From NCBI RefSeq assembly GCF_009914755.1, contig NC_060932.1: a stretch of 64,000 nt of DNA. The stretch is one strand, 5' to 3'. How positions within the stretch are numbered: the first letter of the stretch is position 1; the number at the start of each line of letters is the position of its first letter. The notes under the pieces are model-generated. The model saw nothing but the letters and a program-made list of their open reading frames with translations. It was not told the DNA's origin and did no database searches. Source of the stretch: the human T2T-CHM13v2.0 reference genome, Homo sapiens. The position numbers were made by a program, and so were the translations under genes. Below, piece by piece: positions 1 to 13,100 of this stretch.

Positions 1-146
1 CAAAGTGGTTGCCGCAAAGCTACAAATTAACAACATCTCAGCAAAGCAATTGTTTAAAGTACAGGTCTTTTTCAAAATGGAGTCTCTTACATCTTTCCTT
101 TCCACATAGACACAGTAACAGTCTGATATCTCTTTTTTTCCATACA
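1..146 (-). mobile_element. HERV-K(HML-2) LTR5A/B-type LTR, 5' (U3) end; cut by the window edge
   Basis: Reverse complement reads TGTATGGAAAAAAAGAGATATCAGACTGTTACTGTGTCTATGTGGAAAGG..., the LTR5 start. It is highly similar to 8932-9074 and ~24530-24667. Gamma satellite begins at 147. Confidence 0.93.
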
Positions 147-2580
147 CAGAAGCCCTTAGGCCTGTCCAGGGCGGGATGTAGAGCCCCAGGCTTTGAAGCA
201 GAGTGCCTCTCTCAAGGAAGGCACCCACAAGCGAAAACAAGGCTGCAGGGTGGCGTGGTCGGGTGGTAGGTACTCAGGGAAACGTTGAGGCAGGCAGAGA
301 GAAGAAGCAGTGAGACCACAGCAAAAGCTGGGAGACTCCCAAGGAGGCCTCTCCTATGAGAGAAGCCCACAGGGCTGTACCCGGAAAGCTGTTAAACCCC
401 CAGGTTTTGAGCAGGGTGCCTGTGTCTCTCACGGAAGGCCCCCACAAGAGAAAATGGGGCCGCAGGGTGGTGTGTACTGGTCGCAGGGACTCGGGACGAT
501 GTTGAGTCAGAGACGGGAGAAGCAGAGAGATGAGAGGGAATGCTAGGAGCCTTCCTAGGAGGCCTCTCCCATCCCAGAAGCCCCCAGGGCTGTCCCCTGT
601 CGGTCTGTAAAGCCCCAGGCTTTGGAGCAGGGTGACTGTGTCTCTCGCTGAAGGCCCCCACAAGTGAAAACAGAACCACACGGTAGCATGTGCAAGCCGC
701 AGGGACGTGGGGGGACGTAGAGGAAGGCAAAGGAAAGAAGCGGCGAGACCGCAGGGAATTTTGGGAGCCTCCCATGAGGCCTCTCCGATTTCAGAAGCCC
801 CCAGGGCTGTCCCTGGAGGGCTGTAGATCCACAGTCTTTGGAGCAGTGTGCCTGTGTCTCTTCCTAAAAACAACCCACAAGCTAAAACGGCGCCACAGAG
901 TGGCGTCGTTGGGTGGCAGGGACTCAGAGGGACACTGAGGCTCGCAGACGGGAGAAGCGGCGAGACCGCAGGGAATGCTGGAAACCTCCCAAGCTGGCCT
1001 CTTCCATCCCGGAAGCCCCCAGGGCTGTCCGGTGCGGGCTGTAAAGCCCCAGATTTTGGAACAGGTTTCCTGTGTCTCTTGCCATAGGCCAACACAAGCG
1101 AAAACGGGGCCATAGAGTGGCATGGGCGGGCATCAGGGACATAGGGGGACGTTGAAGCAGGCAGAGGGGAGAAGCAGTGAGACAACAGGGGATGCTGTGA
1201 GCCCCCCATAAGACATCTCCCATCCCAATAGCCCCCAGCCTCCCCTGGGCATGCTGTAAAGCCCCAGGCTTTGGAGTAGGGTGCATGTGTCTCTCACAGA
1301 AGCCCTCCACAAGCGGAGATGGGGCCGCAAGTTGGCGTGGGAGGGACACAGGAACTCAGGGGGATGTTAAGTCCGTCATTGGGGAGTAGTGGTGAGACCG
1401 CAGGTGTTGCTTGAAGCATCCACACCAGAACCTCCCAGGGCTGTCCCTGGCCAGCTGTAAAGCCCCAGACTTTGGATCAGGGTGCCTGTGTCTATCACGG
1501 AAGGACCCCACAAGTGAATATGGGGCCGCAGGTGGCGCGTTTTGACGGCAGAGACCCTGGGAAACATTGAGGCAGGAAGATGGGGGAAGCGGTGGATGGC
1601 AGGGAATGCTGGGAGCCTCCCAAGTTGGCCTCTTTTATCCCAGAAGCCCCCAGGGCTGTCCCGGGCTGGCTATAAAGCCCCAGGCTTTGGAGCAGGTTGC
1701 TTGTGTCTCTTGCAGAAGGCACCCACAAGCAAAAACGACACAGCAGGATGACATGGGCAGGCTGCAGGGACTAAAAGGAACATTGAGACAGGCAGACGGG
1801 GGATGCCACGAGACCACAGGCAATGCTGGGAGTCTCCCAAAGCCTCTCCCATCCCCGAAGCTCCCAAGGCTGTCACAGTCATGCTGTAAATCTTCAGGCC
1901 TTAGAGCAGGGAGCTTGTGTCTCTGGCTGAAGTACCCCAAGAATGAAAACGTTACTGGAGGGTGGCATGGGAGGGTCATAGGGAGTCAGGGGGACGTTGA
2001 GGCAAGCAGAGGGAGAATCGGCGAGACTGCAGGGAATGCTAGGAGCCTCCCAAGACGCCTATCCCATCCAAGAAGCCTCCATGGCTCTCCAGGGTAGGCT
2101 GTAAATCCCCAGGCATTGGAGCAGGGTGCCTGTGTCTCTCACGTAAGGGCCTCACAAGAGAAAACGAGAGAGCAGGGTGGCGTGGGTGGCTGCAACAACT
2201 CAGGAGACATTGAGGCAGGCAGAGGGGAGAAGCGGCGAGACCGCAAGGAATGCTGGGAGCATTTCAAGGAGGACTCTCCCATTTCAGAAACCCCCTAGTC
2301 TGTCCAAGAAGGACTGTAAAGTCCCAGGCTTTGGAGCAGGGTGCCTAACTCTCTCAAAGAAGGCCGCCACAAGCAAAAATGGGGTCGCAGGGTGGCGTGG
2401 GCATGCTGCCAAGACTCCGAGGGACCTTGACGCAGGCAGAGGGAAGAAGAGGCAAGACTGCAGGGAATGCTGGGAGGCCTCTCTCATCCAAGAAGCCCCA
2501 ATGGCTGTCCCGGGTGAGCTGTAAATCCCCAGGCTTTGGAGCAGGGTGCTTGTGTCTCTCGCTGAAGGCCCCCACAAGCA
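147..2580 (+). repeat. Gamma satellite (GSATII-like), ~217-bp GC-rich tandem units, orientation A
   Basis: The motif AAAGCCCCAGGCTTTGGAGCAGGGTGCCTGTGTCTCTC recurs at ~217-bp spacing (e.g. ~410, 626, 842, 1060). About 11 diverged units, matching the GSATII consensus as recalled. Confidence 0.88.
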
Positions 2581-5500
2581 AGGCCACATTTCGGCTTGTG
2601 GCTTCTCCCCTCTGCCTGCCTCCACGTCCCCCTGACTATCTGCGGTCTGCCCACATCACCCTGCAGCCCCCTTTTCTCTTCTTGCGGCCTTCTGCGACAG
2701 ACACTGTCACCCTTCTCCAAACTCTGGGGCTTTACAGCCTGCCGGGGAAGGCTTTGGGGCTTCTGGGATGGAAGAGTCTTCCTCTGAAGGCTCCCAGAAT
2801 TCCCAGTGGTCTCACCGCTTCTTCCCTCTGCCTGCCTCAGGATCTCGCTGTGCCCCTGCTTCCCGTCCACGCCACCCTGCGGCCCCGTTTTTGCTTGTGA
2901 GGGCCTTCCACCAGAAACACAGGCACCCTACTCCAAAGCCTGGTGCTTTGCAGCCAGACAGGGACAGCCCTGGGGTATTCTTAGATGGGAGGGGCCCCTA
3001 TGAAAGGCTCCCAGCTTTCCCTGCTGTCTCGCCACTTCTACCTTCTGCCTGCCTCAACGTCCCCCTCAATCACTGCCGCCCGACCACTCCACCCTGCTGT
3101 CCTGTTTTCGATTGTGGGGCCCTCCTCGAGAGACACAAGCACCCTGCTCCAAAGTCTGGGGCTTTACAGCCTGCCCCAGAGAGCCCTCCGTGCTTCTGGG
3201 AGGGGAGAGGCCTCCTTGGGAGGCTCCCAGCATTCCCTGCAGTCTAAGCACTTCTCCCCTCTCCCTGCCTCTGTGTTGCCCTGAGTACCTGTTGCCCGCC
3301 CACGCCACCTTGCGGCCCCGTTTTCACTTGGGGAGCCTTCCGGGAAAGACACATGCACCCTGCTTCAAAGCCTGGGGCTTTACAGCCTGCCAGGAACAGC
3401 CCTGGGGTCTTCTGGGATGGGAGAGTCCTTTTTGGGAGGCTCCCAGCATTCCCCGCGTTCTCACCGCTTCTTTACTCTGCCTGCCTCAATGTCCCCCTGA
3501 GTTCCTGCGGCCCACCAACGCCACTCTGAGGCCCCATTTTCGCCTGTTGAGGCCTTCCACGAGAGACACAGACACCCTGCTCCAAAGCCTGGGGCTTTAC
3601 AGCCTGCCTGGGACAGGCCTGGCGGCTTCTGGGATGAAAGAGACCTCCTTAGGAGGGTCCCAGCATTCCCTGTGGGCTCGCCGCTTCTCCCTTCAGTCTG
3701 TCTCAATGTCCCTCTGAGTCTCTGCCACCCAACCACACCACCGTGCGGCCCCATTTTTGCTTGTGGGGTCCCTCCGCGTGACACATAGGCACGCTGCTAC
3801 AAAACCTAGGGCTTTACAGCCCGCCCAGGATGGCCATGGGGGCTTCTGGGAAAGGAGAGGCATCTTTGGTAGACTCCCTGCATTCCCTGAAGTCTCGCTG
3901 ATTTTACCTTCTGCCTGCCTCAATATCCCCGTCAGTCACTGCTTCCCTCCCACGCCTCCCTGGGGCTCCGGTTTCACTTGTGGGGGCCTTCTCTGAAAGA
4001 CACACGCAATCTTTTCCAAAGCCTGGGGATTTACAGCCTGCCCAGGACAACCCTGGGAGCTTCAGAGATGAAAGAGTTTTCCTTGGGAGGCTCCCAGCAT
4101 TCTGTGCGGTCTCAACAACTCTCCCCTTTGCCTGCTTCAACGTCCCCATGAGTCCCTGTGGCAGGCCCACGCCACCCTGCGGCCCCATTTTCACTTGTGG
4201 GGGCCTTCCGCAAGGGACACAGTTACCCTTCTCCAAAGCCTCGTGGTGCACAGCCTGCCCAGGACACCCTGGGGGCTTCTGGGATGGGACAGGCCTTTTT
4301 GAGAAGCTCTCAGCATTCCCTGCGGTCTTGTCGCTTCTTCCCTCTGCCTGCTTCAATGTCTCCCTGAGTCTCTGCGTCCCTCCCACGCCACCCTGAGGCC
4401 CCGTTTTCTCTTGTGGGGGTCCTCCGCCAGAAACACGGGCACACTGCTCCAAAGCCTGGGGCTTTTCAGCCCTCTCAGAAAAAACCTGGGGGCTTCTGGG
4501 ATGAAAGAGGCCTCTTGGGCGGTTCCCAGCGTTCCATGCCGTATCGTCGCTTTTCCCCTCTGCCGGCCTCAAAGGCCTTCAGAGTCCCTGCGGCCTGCCC
4601 ACGCCAAACTGCGCCCCCATTGTCGCTTGTGGGCACATTCTGTGAGAGACACAGGCACCCTGCTGCAGAGCCTGAGGCTTTATAGCCTGAGCAGGGCAGC
4701 CTTGGAGGCTTTCGGGATGAAAGAGAATATTTTGGAAGGATCTGAGCAATCCCTGCGGTCTTGCCGCTTTTCCCCTCTGCAGGCCTCAACGTCCACCTGA
4801 GTCCCTGCGGCTCACCCACACTACCCTGAGGGCCCGTTGTCGCTTGTGGGGGCCTTCCACGAGAGACACAAGCACACTGCTCCAAAATCTGCAGCTTTAC
4901 AGTCCCACCGGGAAAGTGCTGAGTGCTTCTGGAATGGGAGAGGCCTCCTTGGGAGGCTTCCAGCATTCACTGCGGTCTCGTTGCTTCTTCCCTCTGCCTG
5001 CCTCAACATCCCTTGAGTCCCTGCCTCCAGCCCACGCCACGCTGCTGCCTTGTTTTTTGCTTGTGAAGACCTTCTGCGAGTGACAAGGAAACCCTGCTCC
5101 GAAGCCTGGGGCTTTACAGCTCGCCTGGGACAGCCCTGGGAACTTCTGAGATGTAAGAGGCCTTTTCGGGATGTGAGCAGCAGTCCCTGTGGTCTATCCA
5201 CTTCACCCCTCTGCCTGCTTCAAAGTCCCCCTGAGTCCCTTCATTTCACCCACGCCACCGCGTGGCTCCGATTTTGCTGTGTCAGCCTTTTGCAGGAGAA
5301 ACAGGCACACTGCTCCAAAGCCTGGGTCTTTAAAGGCCGTCTGGGACAGACTCGGTGGCTTCTGGGATTGGAGAGGCCTCATTGGGAGACTCCCAGCATC
5401 ACTGAGCTCTCGCCGTTTCTCCCTTTTCCCTGCCTCAACATCCCCCTGAGTTTCTGCAGCCCGCCCACCCCACACTGAGGCCCTGTTTTGCTTCTGGGGG

Positions 5501-8061
5501 CCTTCCATGAGAGACAAAGACACCATACTCAAAAGTCTGGGGCTTTACAGCTCGCCTGGGGCAGATCTAGGGGCTTCTGGGATGGGAGAGGCCTCTTTGG
5601 GGAGCTTCCAGCACTACCTTTGGTCTTGCCACTTTTCCTCTCTGCCTGCCTCAATGTCCCGCTGAGTTCCCACGTCCCGCCCACGCCACCCTGCGGCCCT
5701 GTTTTCGCTTGTGGGGGCCTGCCGCGAGAGACACAGGCATCCTGCTCCAAAGCCTGAGGCTTTACGGGCCGCCGAAACAGTCCTGGGGGTTTCTGGGATG
5801 GGAGAGGCCTCTTTGAGAGGCTCCCAGAATTCCCTGAGGTCTCGTCGGTTCCCCCACTGCCTGTCTCAACATCCCCCTGAGTTTGTGTGGCCCACCCACG
5901 CCAGCCTGCTGCCCTGTTTTTGCTTGTGGGGGCCTTCCGTGAGACACACAGACACCATGCTTCAAAGCCTGGGTATTTACAGCCTGCGAGGGACAGACCT
6001 GAAATCTTCTGGAATGGGAGAGGCCTCCTTAGCAGGTTCCCCATATTCTGTGCTGTCTCACTGATTCTCTCCCTTTTGCCTGCCTCAACGTTTCCCTGAG
6101 TCCTTGCCACCTGCCCATGCTATCCTGCAGCCCCGTTTTCACTTGGGGGCCTTCTGCAAGAGACACAGGCACCATGCTCAAAAGCCTGGGGCATTACAAC
6201 CTTATAACCCGCCCCAGACAGTCTTGCAGGCTTCTGGATTCGGAGAGTCCTCCTTGGAAGGCTTCCAGTATTCCCTGCAGTCTCGCTGCTTCTTTCTTCT
6301 GCCTCTCTCAACATCCCCTTGAGTCTCTGCAGCCCTGTTTTTCTTGTGCGGGCCTTCGTCGTGAGACACAGTCACCCTACTCCAAAGCCTTGGGCTTTAC
6401 CATCAGCCCGGAGAGCTCTGGGAGCATCTGACATGGGAGAGGCCTTTTTTGGAGGCTCCCCCACATTCTCTGCGGTATCACCACTTCTCTGCTTGCCTCA
6501 ATGTCCTCCTGAATTCCTGCGGCCCACCCACGACACCCTGCGGCCCAGTTTTCGCTGGTGGGGGCCTTCCGTGGAAGACTCATAAACCCTGTTCCAAAGC
6601 CTGGGGCTTTACAGCTTGCCCGAAACAGACCTGGGGGCTTCTGGGATGGGAGAGGCCTCCTTGAGAGGCTCCTGTCATTCCCTGCAGTCTCCCCGCTTTT
6701 CCCCTCTGCCTGTGTCAACCTCCCTGAGACCCTGCGGCCCGACCATGTCACCCTGTGGCTCCATTTTTGCTTGTGGGGGCCTTCCACGAGAGACACAGGC
6801 ACACTGCTTCAAAGCATGGGCATTTGCAGCCTGCCCGGGACAGCCCTGGGATCTTCTGGAATGGAAGAGGCCTCCTTGGGAGGCTCCCATTATTTTCTGA
6901 GATCTCGCCGCTTCTCCCTTCTGCCTGCCTCAACGTCCCCCGGAGTCCCTGCGTCCCGCCTACACCACCCTGCAGCCTCGTTTTCTCTATTGGGCACCTT
7001 CGGCAAGAGACACAGGAACCTGCTCCAAAGCCTGAGGCCTTGCAGGCCACCAGAAACAGCCCTGTGGGCTTCTGGGATGAATGAGGCCTTGTTGGGAGGC
7101 TCTCAGCATTCCCTGCGGTCTTGACAATTTCCCCTTTTGTCTGCCTGAATGTCCACCTGAGTCCCTACTTCCCACTGATGCTACTTTGAGGCCTCGTTTT
7201 CACTTGTGGAGGCCTTCTGTGAGAGACAAGTCACCGTGCTTAAAAGCCTGGGGCTTTACAGCTTGCCCAAAACAGACTTGGGGGCTTCTGGGATGGGAGA
7301 GTCATCCTTGGAAGGCTTCTAGCATTCCCTGTTGTCTGGCCGCTTCTTCCTCTGCCTGCCTGTAGGTCCCCCTGAGTCCCTGCGGCCTGCAACCGCCACC
7401 CTGCTTTCGCTTGTGGGGGCCTTCCACGAGAGACACAGGCACCCTCCCTGTTCCAAAGCCTGGGTCTTTACAGCATGACTGAGATAAAGCGTGGGGCTTC
7501 TGGGATGGGAGAGTCTTCACTCCCAGAATTCCCTGCAGTCTCACTGCTTCTCTTCTCTTCCTGCATAAACGTCCTCCTGACTCCCTGCTGCCAGCCTATG
7601 CCACCCTGCAGCTTCCTTTTCGCTTGTGGGGGCTTGCCACCAGAGACACGGGTACCCTGCTCCAAAGCCTGGGGCTTTATAGTCAGCCCGGGAAGGCCCT
7701 GGGGGCTTCTGAGATGGAAGAGGCATCCTTGGGAGGCTCATAGAGTTCCCTGCAGTTTCACCGCTTCTCCCCTCTGCGTGCCTCAACATCCTGGGAGTCC
7801 CGGCTGTCTGTCCCCGTCACTCGGTGGACCCCTTTTTCTTGTGGGATCCTTCTGCAAGAGACACAGGCACCCTGCTTCAAAGGCTGGGGCTTTACAACCT
7901 GTCCAAGACAGCACTGGGGGCTTCTGAAATGGGAGAGACCCCCTTGGGAGGCTCCCAGCATTCCCTGCAGTCTCACCTTTTCTCCTGTCTGCATGTATCA
8001 ATGTCCTTCTGAGTTCGTGCGGCTGCCCCATGCCACCCTGCAGCCTTGTTTTCGCTAGTGG

Positions 8062-9074
8062 TGAAGGGGTGGCCTGCCCCTCCACACCTGTGGGTATTTC
8101 TAGTTGGGTGGGAGAGAGACTGAGAAAAGAAATAAGACACAGAGACAAAGTATAGAGAAACAACAGTGGGCCCAGAGGACCAGCGCTCAGCATGCCAAGG
8201 ACCTGCACCAGCACCGGTCTCTGAGTTCCCTCAGTTTTTATTGATTATTATCTTCATTATTTCAGCAAAAAGGAAGGTAGTAGGAGGGCAGGGTGATAAT
8301 AAGGAGAAGGTCAGCAACAAACATGTCAGCAATAGAATCTACGTCATGGTTAAGTTCAAGGGAAGGTACTATGACTAGACGTGCACATAAGCCAGATTTA
8401 TGTTTCTTTCCACCTAAACATCTCAGTGGAGTAAAGAATAACAAGGCAGCATTGCTGCAAATGTGTCTCATCTCCCACCACAGGGAGGTTTTTCTCTGAT
8501 CTCAGAATTGAACAAATGTACAACCGGGTTTTATACCGATACATTCAGTTCCCAGGGGCAGGCAGGAGACTGGCCTTCCTCTATCTCCACTGCAAGAGAC
8601 TTTCCTCTTTTACTAATCTACCTCAGCACAGACCCTTTATGGGTGTCAGGCCGCGGGTCGGTCAGGTCTTTCTCATCCCATGAGGCCATGTTTCAAAACA
8701 TCACATGGGGAGAAACCTTGGACAATACCCCACTTTCAAGGGCAGAGGTCCCTGCGGCTTTCCACAGTGCATTATGTCCCTGGTTTATTGAGACTAGAGA
8801 ATGGCAATGACTTTTACCAAGTATACTGCTTGTAAATATTTTGTTAACAAGGCACGTCCTGCACAGCCTTGTTTAGATCCCTTAAACCTTGATTTCATAC
8901 AACACATGTTTTTGTGAGCTCCAGGTTGGGTCAAAGTGGCTGAGGCAAAGCTACCAATTAACAACATCTCAGCAAAGCAATTACTTAAAGTACAAGTCTT
9001 TTTCAAAATGGAGTCTCTTATGTCTTCCCTTTCTACATAGACACAGTAACAGTCTTATCTCTCTTTTCCCTACA
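8062..9074 (-). mobile_element. Solo LTR of HERV-K(HML-2), older LTR5A/LTR5B type, 1013 bp
   Basis: Minus-strand termini are TGTAGGGAAAAG...CCCCTTCA (LTR5_Hs would be TGTGGGG...CCCCTACA). PolyA signal AATAAA on the minus strand at 8237-8242. Flanking direct repeat GTGG; the satellite unit resumes in register; no internal viral sequence. Confidence 0.95.
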
Positions 9075-10047
9075 GTGGAGGCCTTCCGTGAGAGACACAG
9101 CATGGTGCTCCAAATCCTGGGGCTTTACAGCCTGCCTGGAACAGCTTGGGTGCTTCTGGGATGGGAGAGGCCTTCTTCAGAGGTTCCCAGTATTCCCTGC
9201 TGTCTTGCTGTTTCTCCCTTCTGCCTGCCTCACTGTCTCCCTGAGTCCCTGCGGCCTGACTATGCCACACTGCGGCCTCATTTTCTCTTGTGAAAGCCTC
9301 CTGGGACAGAGACAGGCATGCTGCTCCAAAGCCTGGGGCTGTACAACCCGCCCAAGAAAGAGCTGGGGGCTTCTAGTATGGAAGAGTCGTCCGTGGGAGG
9401 CTTTCAGCATTCCCTGTGGTCTCGTCTCTTCCTTACTATGCCTGGCTCAACGTCCCCCTGAGTCCCTGAGGCCCGCCAACGTCACCCTACTGCCCGGTGT
9501 TCACTTGTGGGGTCTTCCTCGAGGGACACATGGACCCTGCTCCAAAGCCTGGTGCTACACAGCTAGTCTGGGACAGCACTGATGGGTTCTGGGATAGGAA
9601 AGGCATCCTTGAGAGACTCCCAGCATTCCCTGTGGTCTTGCCACTTCTCCCCTCTGCAGGCCTCAACGTTTCCCTGAGTCCCTGTGGCCCTCCTACGCCA
9701 CCCTGCGGCCACGTTTTCGCTTGAGGAGGCCTACCACGAAAGACATAGGCACTCTGCTCCAAAGCCTGAGGCTTTACAGCCCACCCAAAACACCTCTGGG
9801 GGCTTCTGGGATGGGAGAGTCATCCTTGAGAGGCTCTCAACATTCCATACCATCTCGCCGCTTCTTCCCTCTGCCTGCCTCAATGTCCTTGTGAGTCCTT
9901 GCGGCCTGCCCATGTCCCCCTGCCGCCCCATTTTTGCTTGCAGAGGCCTTCCACCATGGACACATACACTCTGCTCCAAAGCCTGGGGCTTCCCAACTTG
10001 CCCGGGACAGCCCTGGGGTCTTCTGGGATAAAAGATGCCTCCTTTGG

Positions 10048-10140
10048 GCAGAGCTTTCAGTAAGCCGAGATCTCACCACTGCACTCCAGCCTGGGTGTGA
10101 GACAGCAAGACTCCATCAAAAAAAAAAAAAAAAAAAAAAA
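10048..10140 (+). mobile_element. 5'-truncated Alu (3' ~70 bp of right arm plus 23-nt polyA), AluY-like
   Basis: GCAGAGCTTTCAGTAAGCCGAGATCTCACCACTGCACTCCAGCCTGGG...GACTCCATC(A)23. 15-bp TSD with one mismatch, AGA[T/G]GCCTCCTTTGG, at 10033-10047 and 10147-10161. GAGCTT rather than GAGGTT suggests the Y lineage. Confidence 0.9.
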
Positions 10141-13100
10141 CTAGACAGAGGCCTCCTTTGGAGGAGCCCAGCATTCCCTGAGGTCTCATCGCTTCTCCCC
10201 TCTGACTGCCTCAACGTCCACCCTGAGTCCCTGTGGCCCGCCTTCCTTACCCAGTGGCCCCGATTTAGCTTTTGGTGGCCTTCTGCGAGAGACACTGACA
10301 ACCTGCTTCAAAGCCTGGGACTTCACCGCCTACCCAGTAGTGCCCTGGGGGCTTCTGGAATGAAAAAGGCCTCGTTGGTACTCTCCCAGTATTCCCTGCG
10401 GTCTTGACCCTTCTTCCCTTTGCCTGCCTCAATGTTCCCCTGAGTTTCTGCAACTCATCCAGGCCACCCTGCTGCCCCCGTTGTTGGGGCCTTCTGGGAG
10501 AGGCACAGACAACCTGCTCCAAACCTGGGGCTTTAGAGCCCACTCGGTACAGCGCTGGGAGCTTCTGAAAACGGAGAGGCCTCTTTGGAAGGACCCCAGC
10601 ATTCCCTGCAGTCTTGCTACTTCTACCCTCTCCCTGCCTAAACATCCTCCAGAGTCCCTGCGTCCCGCCCACACCATCCTACGGCCCAGTTTTCCCTTTT
10701 GGTGGCCTTCCGTGATAGACACAGGCAACCTGTTCCAAAGCCTGGGGCTTTACAGCCCACCCGGGACAGCTGTGGGGGCTTTTGGGATAAGAGAGGCCTT
10801 TTGGGGAGGCTCCAAGCATTCCCTGCTGTTTCACCACTTCTCCCCTCTGCCTGCCTCAACGTCCCCCTGAGTGTCTGCTCCCTGCCCAAGGAAATGTGAG
10901 GCATTTTGTTGGCTTGTGGAGACCTTTCACAAGAGGCACAGGCACCCTGTTCCAAAGCCTGGGGCTTTACAGCCTGCCCAGGACAACCCTGGGTGCTTTT
11001 GCGATGGGACAGGTGTCTTTGGGAGGCTCCCAGCCTTCCCTGCTGTCTTGCCCTTTCTGCCCCTTGCCTGCCTGAATGTCCCCCTCAGTCCCAGTGCCTG
11101 GCCCACGCCATCCTACGACCCAGTTTTCGCTTTTAAGGGCCTTCCGCAAGAGACACAGACACCCTGTTCCAAAGCCTGCAGCTTTACAAGCCTCCCAAGA
11201 CAGCCCTGCGGGCTTCTGGGATAAGAGAGGCCACAATGAGAGGCTCCCAGCATTCCCTGCCATCTCGCTGCTTCTCTTTTATGCCTGCCTCAACATTTCC
11301 CTGGGTTCCTGCAGCCTGCTCAAGACAACCCAGGGCCGCATTTTCACTTGTGGGGGCCTTCCGTGAGAGAAACAGGCACCCTGTTTCAAAGCCTGGGGCT
11401 TTACAGCACACCTGGGACAGCCCTGTGGACTTCAGAGAAGGGAGAGGCCTTTTTTGGAGGCCGCCAGCATGCCCTGCAGTCGTGCCTCTACTCCCCTCTG
11501 CCTGTCTCAACATTTCCCTCAGTTCCTGTTGCCTGCCCACGCCACCATGCCTTCCATGGGGAACACAGGCACTCTGCTTCAAAGCCTGGGGCTTCACAGC
11601 CTGCCCGGGTCAGCCATGGGGCTCCTGGGATGGTAAAGGCCTCCTTATAAGCCTCCTAGCATTTGCTGGGGTCTCCCCGCTTCTCCCTTCTGCTGGCCTC
11701 AATGTTCCCGAGTCCCTGCGTCCTACCCAGGCCACCCTGAGCCCTCATTTTCCCTTTTGGGGGAGTTCCACGAGAGACACAGACATCCTTCTCTAAAGCC
11801 TGGGGCTTTAGAGCCAGCCCAGGACAGCCCTGGGGGCTTCTGGGATAAGAGAGTCCTCCTTGGGAGGCTCCCAGCATTCCCTGCCGTTTTGGCCCTTCTC
11901 CCCTCTGCCTACCTCAACATCCCCCAGAGTCCCTGCCACCCGCCCATGCCATGCGGCCTAGTTTTCTCTTGTGCAGGCATTCGGCGAGAGACACAGGCAC
12001 TCTGCTCCAAGGCTTGGATCTTTACAGCCCGCCCAGGATCACCCTTGGTTCTTCTGAAATGGAAGAGGCATCCTGGGGAGGCTCCCAGAATTCGCTGCGA
12101 TCTTGCCGCTTCTGACCTCTGCCTGCCTAAACATCACCCTGTGTCCCTGAGGCCTGCCAACGCCAATCTGCAACCCCATTTTTGCTTGTGGGGGCCTTGC
12201 GTGAAAGACACAGACACCTGACTCCAAAGCCTGGGGCTTTACAGCCTGCCCAAGACAGCCCTGAGGGCTGCTGTGATGAAAGAGGCCTTTTTGGCAGGCT
12301 CGCAGCATTCCCAGCGGTCTCGCCGCTTCTTTCCTCTACCTGCTCAACTTCCCCCTGTGTCCCTGCGGCCCACCCACGCCACCCTGCGGCCCCGTTTTTG
12401 CTTGTGGGGGCTTTCCGTGACAGATACAGGCACTCGGCTCCAAAGCCTGTGGCTTTACCAACTGCCTGGGACAGCCCTGGGGTCATCTGGAATGGGAGAG
12501 GCCTCCTTGTGCAACTGCCAGTCTTTCCTGCTGTCTCCCCGCTTCTCCCCTCTGCCTGACTCAACATTCCCCTGAGTCCCAGGGACTGCCCACGCCACCG
12601 TGAGACTCCGTTTTTCATTGCGGGGGCCTCCAGCGAGAGACACAGGGACCCTGCTCCAAAGCCTGAGGTTTTACACCTAGCCCAGGAAAGCCCTGGGGCT
12701 TCTGGTATGGGAGAGGCCTCCTTGGGAGGTTACCATCATCATTCTCTGTATTGCTGCTTCTTCCCTCTACCTGCCTCCACGGCCCCTGAGTCCCTGCCAC
12801 TTGTCCATGCCACCCTGTGGCATTCTCTGTGTTCAAGCTGCTTGTCCCCTCTGCCTGCCTCAACGTCCCCCTGAGTCCTTGTGGCCTGCCCACGCCACAC
12901 TGTGGTCACGTTTTCGCTTGTGAGGGCCTTCCCACAGGGACACAAGCACCCTGATGCAAAGCCTGGAGATTTACAGCCTGCACTGGGAAGCCCTGTAGGC
13001 TTCTGGGATGGGAGATGCTTCCTTGGGAGGCTCCCAGCATTTTCTGCGGTCTTGCCCCTTCTCCCCTCTGCCTGACTCAACATACTTTGAGTCTTTGCAG

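Noticed and set aside
8166-9006. ORFs inside LTR5 (also 9-269 and 24040-24599), or an SVA element
   Set aside because: These are antisense or chance translations of LTR sequence. No hexamer, Alu-like, VNTR or polyA parts of SVA are present.
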